Assembly (NCBI RefSeq): GCF_006345805.1
Contig: NC_042999.1
Location: 63,364,001-63,428,000, forward strand
Reading direction: 5' to 3'
DNA length: 64,000 nucleotides
From: Octopus sinensis
Lineage: Eukaryota
Position 1 is the first letter of the stretch. Each line of letters opens with the position of its first letter. The notes beneath the pieces were generated by a model that saw only the letters and a list, made by a program, of their open reading frames with translations, ran no database searches and was not told where the DNA came from. Shown here in pieces: positions 60,325 through 64,000 of the stretch. Made by a program: the position numbers and the translations under genes.

Positions 60325-62047
60325 GCTCTGATCCTGTCCCCTCCTACCAGCAGCACATGTCCTCTACCATGTGTGACCTTGTCTTGTCTTCTTCTTTCCT
60401 CCCTATTGCCACCAATGTCATCATCTGAACTTCTTGTACCTCCACCATCTATTTCCCCACCAAAATCCATAAACCTAACAACCCCGGCAACCCCATCGTT
60501 TCCACCTGTAACTGTCCCATGGAAAACATTTCAAAATACCTTGACCTCATCCTTTCCCTTTTAATCGCTTCCCTCCTGCTTAACATACCTGACACCAGCC
60601 ACACCTTTCAACTATTCCATTCCTTTTCCTTCCCTCCTGATTCCTTCCACCTCTTCTTCACCATGAACATAAAAATCCTATACACCATCATCCTCCACAA
60701 TGACGGCCTGCTAGCCCTCCAGTACTCCCTCAACCATCACACTGGCCTCACACCCAGAACATTTACTCATCTCATTTTCGTGGAACTTATTCTCATACTG
60801 AACTGCTTCATGTTCGTTGACAAGGTCAACCAGCAGGTATTTAGGGTTGCCATGGGAATGAGAATGAACCCTTCACTGACATATCTGTTGCTTCTGTCAA
60901 GGCTCAAATCTTCTCACAAATCTCCAGACTGATCCCAGAGCTATATGGTCAGTATATAGATGACCACATTGGCGCTATCTCCCTCTCCCATGAATAACCC
61001 ACTAACTTCATCTCTTTCGTTTCTACCTTTTATCCTTCCCTTGAGTTCATCTCTCTCATCTCCGACACTCCTGTCAACTTCCTTGACATCTCTCTCTCCT
61101 TGCCAACTCTCTCACCATTTTTGCCCTTCCTCAAACCTACTGACTCCCACCTCTACCTCAACTTTTCCTCCTCCCACTCCTACCACACTAAACGGGATAT
61201 CACTTCTCCCATTTCCTCCATCTCCAACGTCTGTGCAGCTGCGACCAGGATTTTGAGACACAGTCTCAACACCGGGTTCTCCTGTTTACTCTCTGCAGAT
61301 GCCCCTCTACCCTTGTCCAGGCCACCTTAATCCATGTTTGCTTGCACTTCATCCCTCTCTCCTTCCCCACACCTGTCTCCAAACTGCATCCTCTTTCCCT
61401 TCCTTTTCTACCCTTCCACCCTATCCCTTCATCAGGAAATCTTGTGGGCTTTCCGTTGCTTCCAATCTAATCCTACCACTGTCCCTGTTTTCCCTAACCC
61501 ACCCCTGCCCTCCTTCAAATGTGCTCATAACCTATGGGACTTACTGGTCTGTATCCTCTTCCCCACCCCAATTTCCACCCATCCTGGATCCTTCCCTTGC
61601 ACCAGACCCCATTATCACACTTGTCCGTTCATCACCAACACCACCTCCTTCACTGAAACCAATCAACACACTATCCACATCTGGAACTCTTTTTCCTGCA
61701 TTTCTTCCAACATTATCTATTGCATCCAATGTACTCTTTGTGACTCTTTATATGTTGGTCAGTTGGGCCGTCATCTAGCCAACCAATTTACTGAGCATCT
61801 ATGGGATATCCATATGCATAAAAACACCCCATTGTCTACTGCTTTTGCTCTACCAACCACTCTGTCGAATACCTCACTGTCTTCAACCTGTCCTTGCACC
61901 ATGGATCCACCACCACTATACTTCACCATGATCAGTACTACATCTTCTCTCTTCAGACTCATTTACCATTTGGACTTAATACCCACACTTCTTTCCTATA
62001 ATAGCTTCCACATTCGTTATTTTCTTTTAAATTTGATTTTAACATTT
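60325..62047 (+). mobile_element. Penelope-like element RT plus GIY-YIG, heavily decayed
   Basis: KIHKPNNPGNPIVS; LFTMNIKILYT; VAMGMRMNPS; CTRPHYHTCPF..FSCISSNIIYCIQCTLCDSLYVGQLGRHLANQFTEH; YIFSLQTHLPFGLN. Confidence 0.9.
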
Positions 62048-62129
62048 TGATTTAATTTTAATTTCTCAACTTTTCAAATGCTTAAATTTAAAGTTCATAT
62101 ATATTATATCGTCCATCGAATAAAAATGA

Positions 62130-62460
62130 AAATATTGTTGTTGAGAGAGAGAGGCGGGGGGGAGAGCGAGAGAGTGAGTGAAAAAGAAAGAGAGAGAGAG
62201 TGAGTGAAAAAGAAAGAGACAGAGAGTGAGTGTGTGTGTGTATAGATAGATAGGGAGAGAGGGAGTGAGAGAAAGAGAGAGAGTGTGAGAGTGTGAGAGA
62301 AAGAGAGAGAGAGTGAGAGAAAGAGAGAAAGAGTGAAAGAATGAGAGTGAGAGAAAGAGAAAGAGTGAGAAAAAGAGAGAGAGAGTGAGAGAAAGAGAGA
62401 GAAGTATTGTTCATTAATAAAGTGAAAAAGCTTTTGTTGAGAGAGAGAGAGAGAGGAAAA
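62130..62460. repeat. Imperfect (GA)n microsatellite
   Basis: Direct inspection. Confidence 0.95.
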
Positions 62461-63165
62461 TGCACTGTTTGATACCACTCCCTCTCTCATTGTTATTACC
62501 ATTTTGCCTCTTCTCTTTTTTTTACTCTTACACTGCTACTTCCTTATTGCATGATTTTGGACAAACTTACAAACAAGCTCATTATTATAACAGATTATTT
62601 TCATCAAATTCCAACCCGACACGTGTTTCTGCTGGAATCCTAGTGTCCTTTGATGTAGCAGTTATGTGCATTTAGTTGTTTTAAATTAAACCAGTTGCAG
62701 TGTATATCCATTCAAAGGTAGAACGAAATCAGGACACTTATCCAACAGAAATGAGTTGGATTGGAATTTAATGAGGATAGTACTTTAATAAAAAAATTTG
62801 AATTGGCATATTTCTCCATTCTTCTTGATGGTGTCTTGATTATATAATACACACACACTCTCTCTCACACACGCACACATGTAATTAATAATTAAAATAT
62901 CGTCTGGTATACACCTGGTAGTTTGCTGGTAAAACATGTTCATTGGCTCAGTGTTCATTGATTATTTGATTAATGAGAGAGATGGAAAGATGGAAGCTAT
63001 GAGATATTTTATTGATCACTGGCATTAACGCCTCGCAGGTAGGTTACTGAACATCTGGTTTAGGTGTATCAGTCGGTGTAGATGTATCTCCTCAGGTGAT
63101 TTCAAGAGGCATCTCATTAAAATAAACTGTTTCACGAGATTTCTTTTTTATTTTCATATATATAA

Positions 63166-64000
63166 ATGACAAATTACAATATACAGTTTCATACTTATAG
63201 AAGATCCATAACAAATATCAGATACAAAAAGAAACAAATACACAATACAGCAAAAAAAGTATTAGATATAACCGTTAGTAGGTATGGACGTATAAAGGCC
63301 CACACATATCCGAGCCACATTAATAAATTCTGGAATAGGTCAGCTAGAGAGAATGCCTTCAACATAGCGACGGGATCATCCGACTCTGCACAAGTCAGAG
63401 ACATGGTCAGAATATGCATCCATTCATTAATACGGTCTTCATTTCTGAAAATCGGTGAAAGTCAACATAGGGATGATGCTCTATTCTTCCCGGACCAAAG
63501 AAGTAAAATACAACTAGAAAGTCATAGGAAACATTTCTTTAAACTATTTAAGAACTTCTGATTCAACATCACTATTGGAAAAGATTACCGTAGAGCAAAC
63601 TTCCTTGACATTACCTTCAGATTTCATACTGCATTATATGAACCTTATCATAAACCTAAAAACATTAAGTATATTAATGTAGCAACCAACAATCCACACT
63701 CTATAATATGAGGATTAGTTAGGGGTATTTTAATTAGAATTTCTAGACTATCCGCTACTACAGAAATTTATGAATCACATGCACCCTATTACAATACTGC
63801 TTTCACTAAGACTAGTTACCAAGAGGAAATTCAATACAAAGACAACTCTGGTATGCCCAACTCTGCCAATTCCACCACTAATAATACACACTACATACAA
63901 ACTCAATGTTACAGTAAGCGAACTGACTTGGATCGACCATACATGTCAAAAAGAATTAGTCAAGACACCAAACGACACACCAAAACTTCTAGGCACACAC
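63166..64000 (+). mobile_element. Decayed Naiad-like PLE reverse transcriptase, continuing past the window end
   Basis: FNIATGSSDSAQVRDMV (cf. MGS.D.AE.C.LVG), HRDD, NFLDITF, YEPYHKP..KYINV..NNP, IRISRLS..IY..HAPYYN.AF..TSY.E.I.Y. Confidence 0.75.

Noticed and set aside
62460-62675. Second exon for the 59078 signal-peptide gene
   Set aside because: Phase-1 continuation after the best AG stops within 16 codons; ILVSFDV suggests a decayed PLE RT instead.
63050-63135. CTGAGGA and GAAAC on the minus strand
   Set aside because: Wrong order and no supporting helices.
63559-63561. In-frame TGA in the Naiad-like RT as selenocysteine
   Set aside because: Position appears to correspond to Gly (GGA to TGA), the copy has other lesions, and no SECIS is visible.

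Overview
AT-rich eukaryotic DNA that is almost entirely repetitive. The repeat mix (tRNA-derived SINEs, RTE LINE 3' ends with (GAT)n tails, Penelope-like elements, huge (TA)n/(CA)n/(GA)n fields) best fits a coleoid cephalopod, probably an octopod; this is an inference from repeat families. Most ORFs in the six-frame track are microsatellite or repeat shadows. Recognisable protein remnants are all from mobile elements: two mariner transposases, CR1/L2-group and RTE LINE ends (one RTE with a PHD finger after YADD), and four GIY-YIG Penelope-like element (PLE) RT/endonuclease pieces. There are also two non-autonomous Helitrons and several MITEs. The only good host-gene signal is a 58-nt signal-peptide first exon at 59078-59135 (+). 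The main hunt result is ten type-I hammerhead ribozyme (HHR) motifs from about seven families. Several have atypical features: very long stem II, a self-complementary stem III, CCGA cores, a tRNA-like head upstream, and a head-to-head pair lying in the putative first intron. Local rearrangements are also clear: a 1013-bp SINE-mediated tandem duplication, a perfect 132-bp inverted duplication, and a templated insertion with a 37-bp duplication. One 100-N gap. No CRISPR, rRNA or intact tRNA gene is supported. Repeat boundaries were read by eye and are approximate (about 10-20 bp); all RNA folds are manual, not computed.
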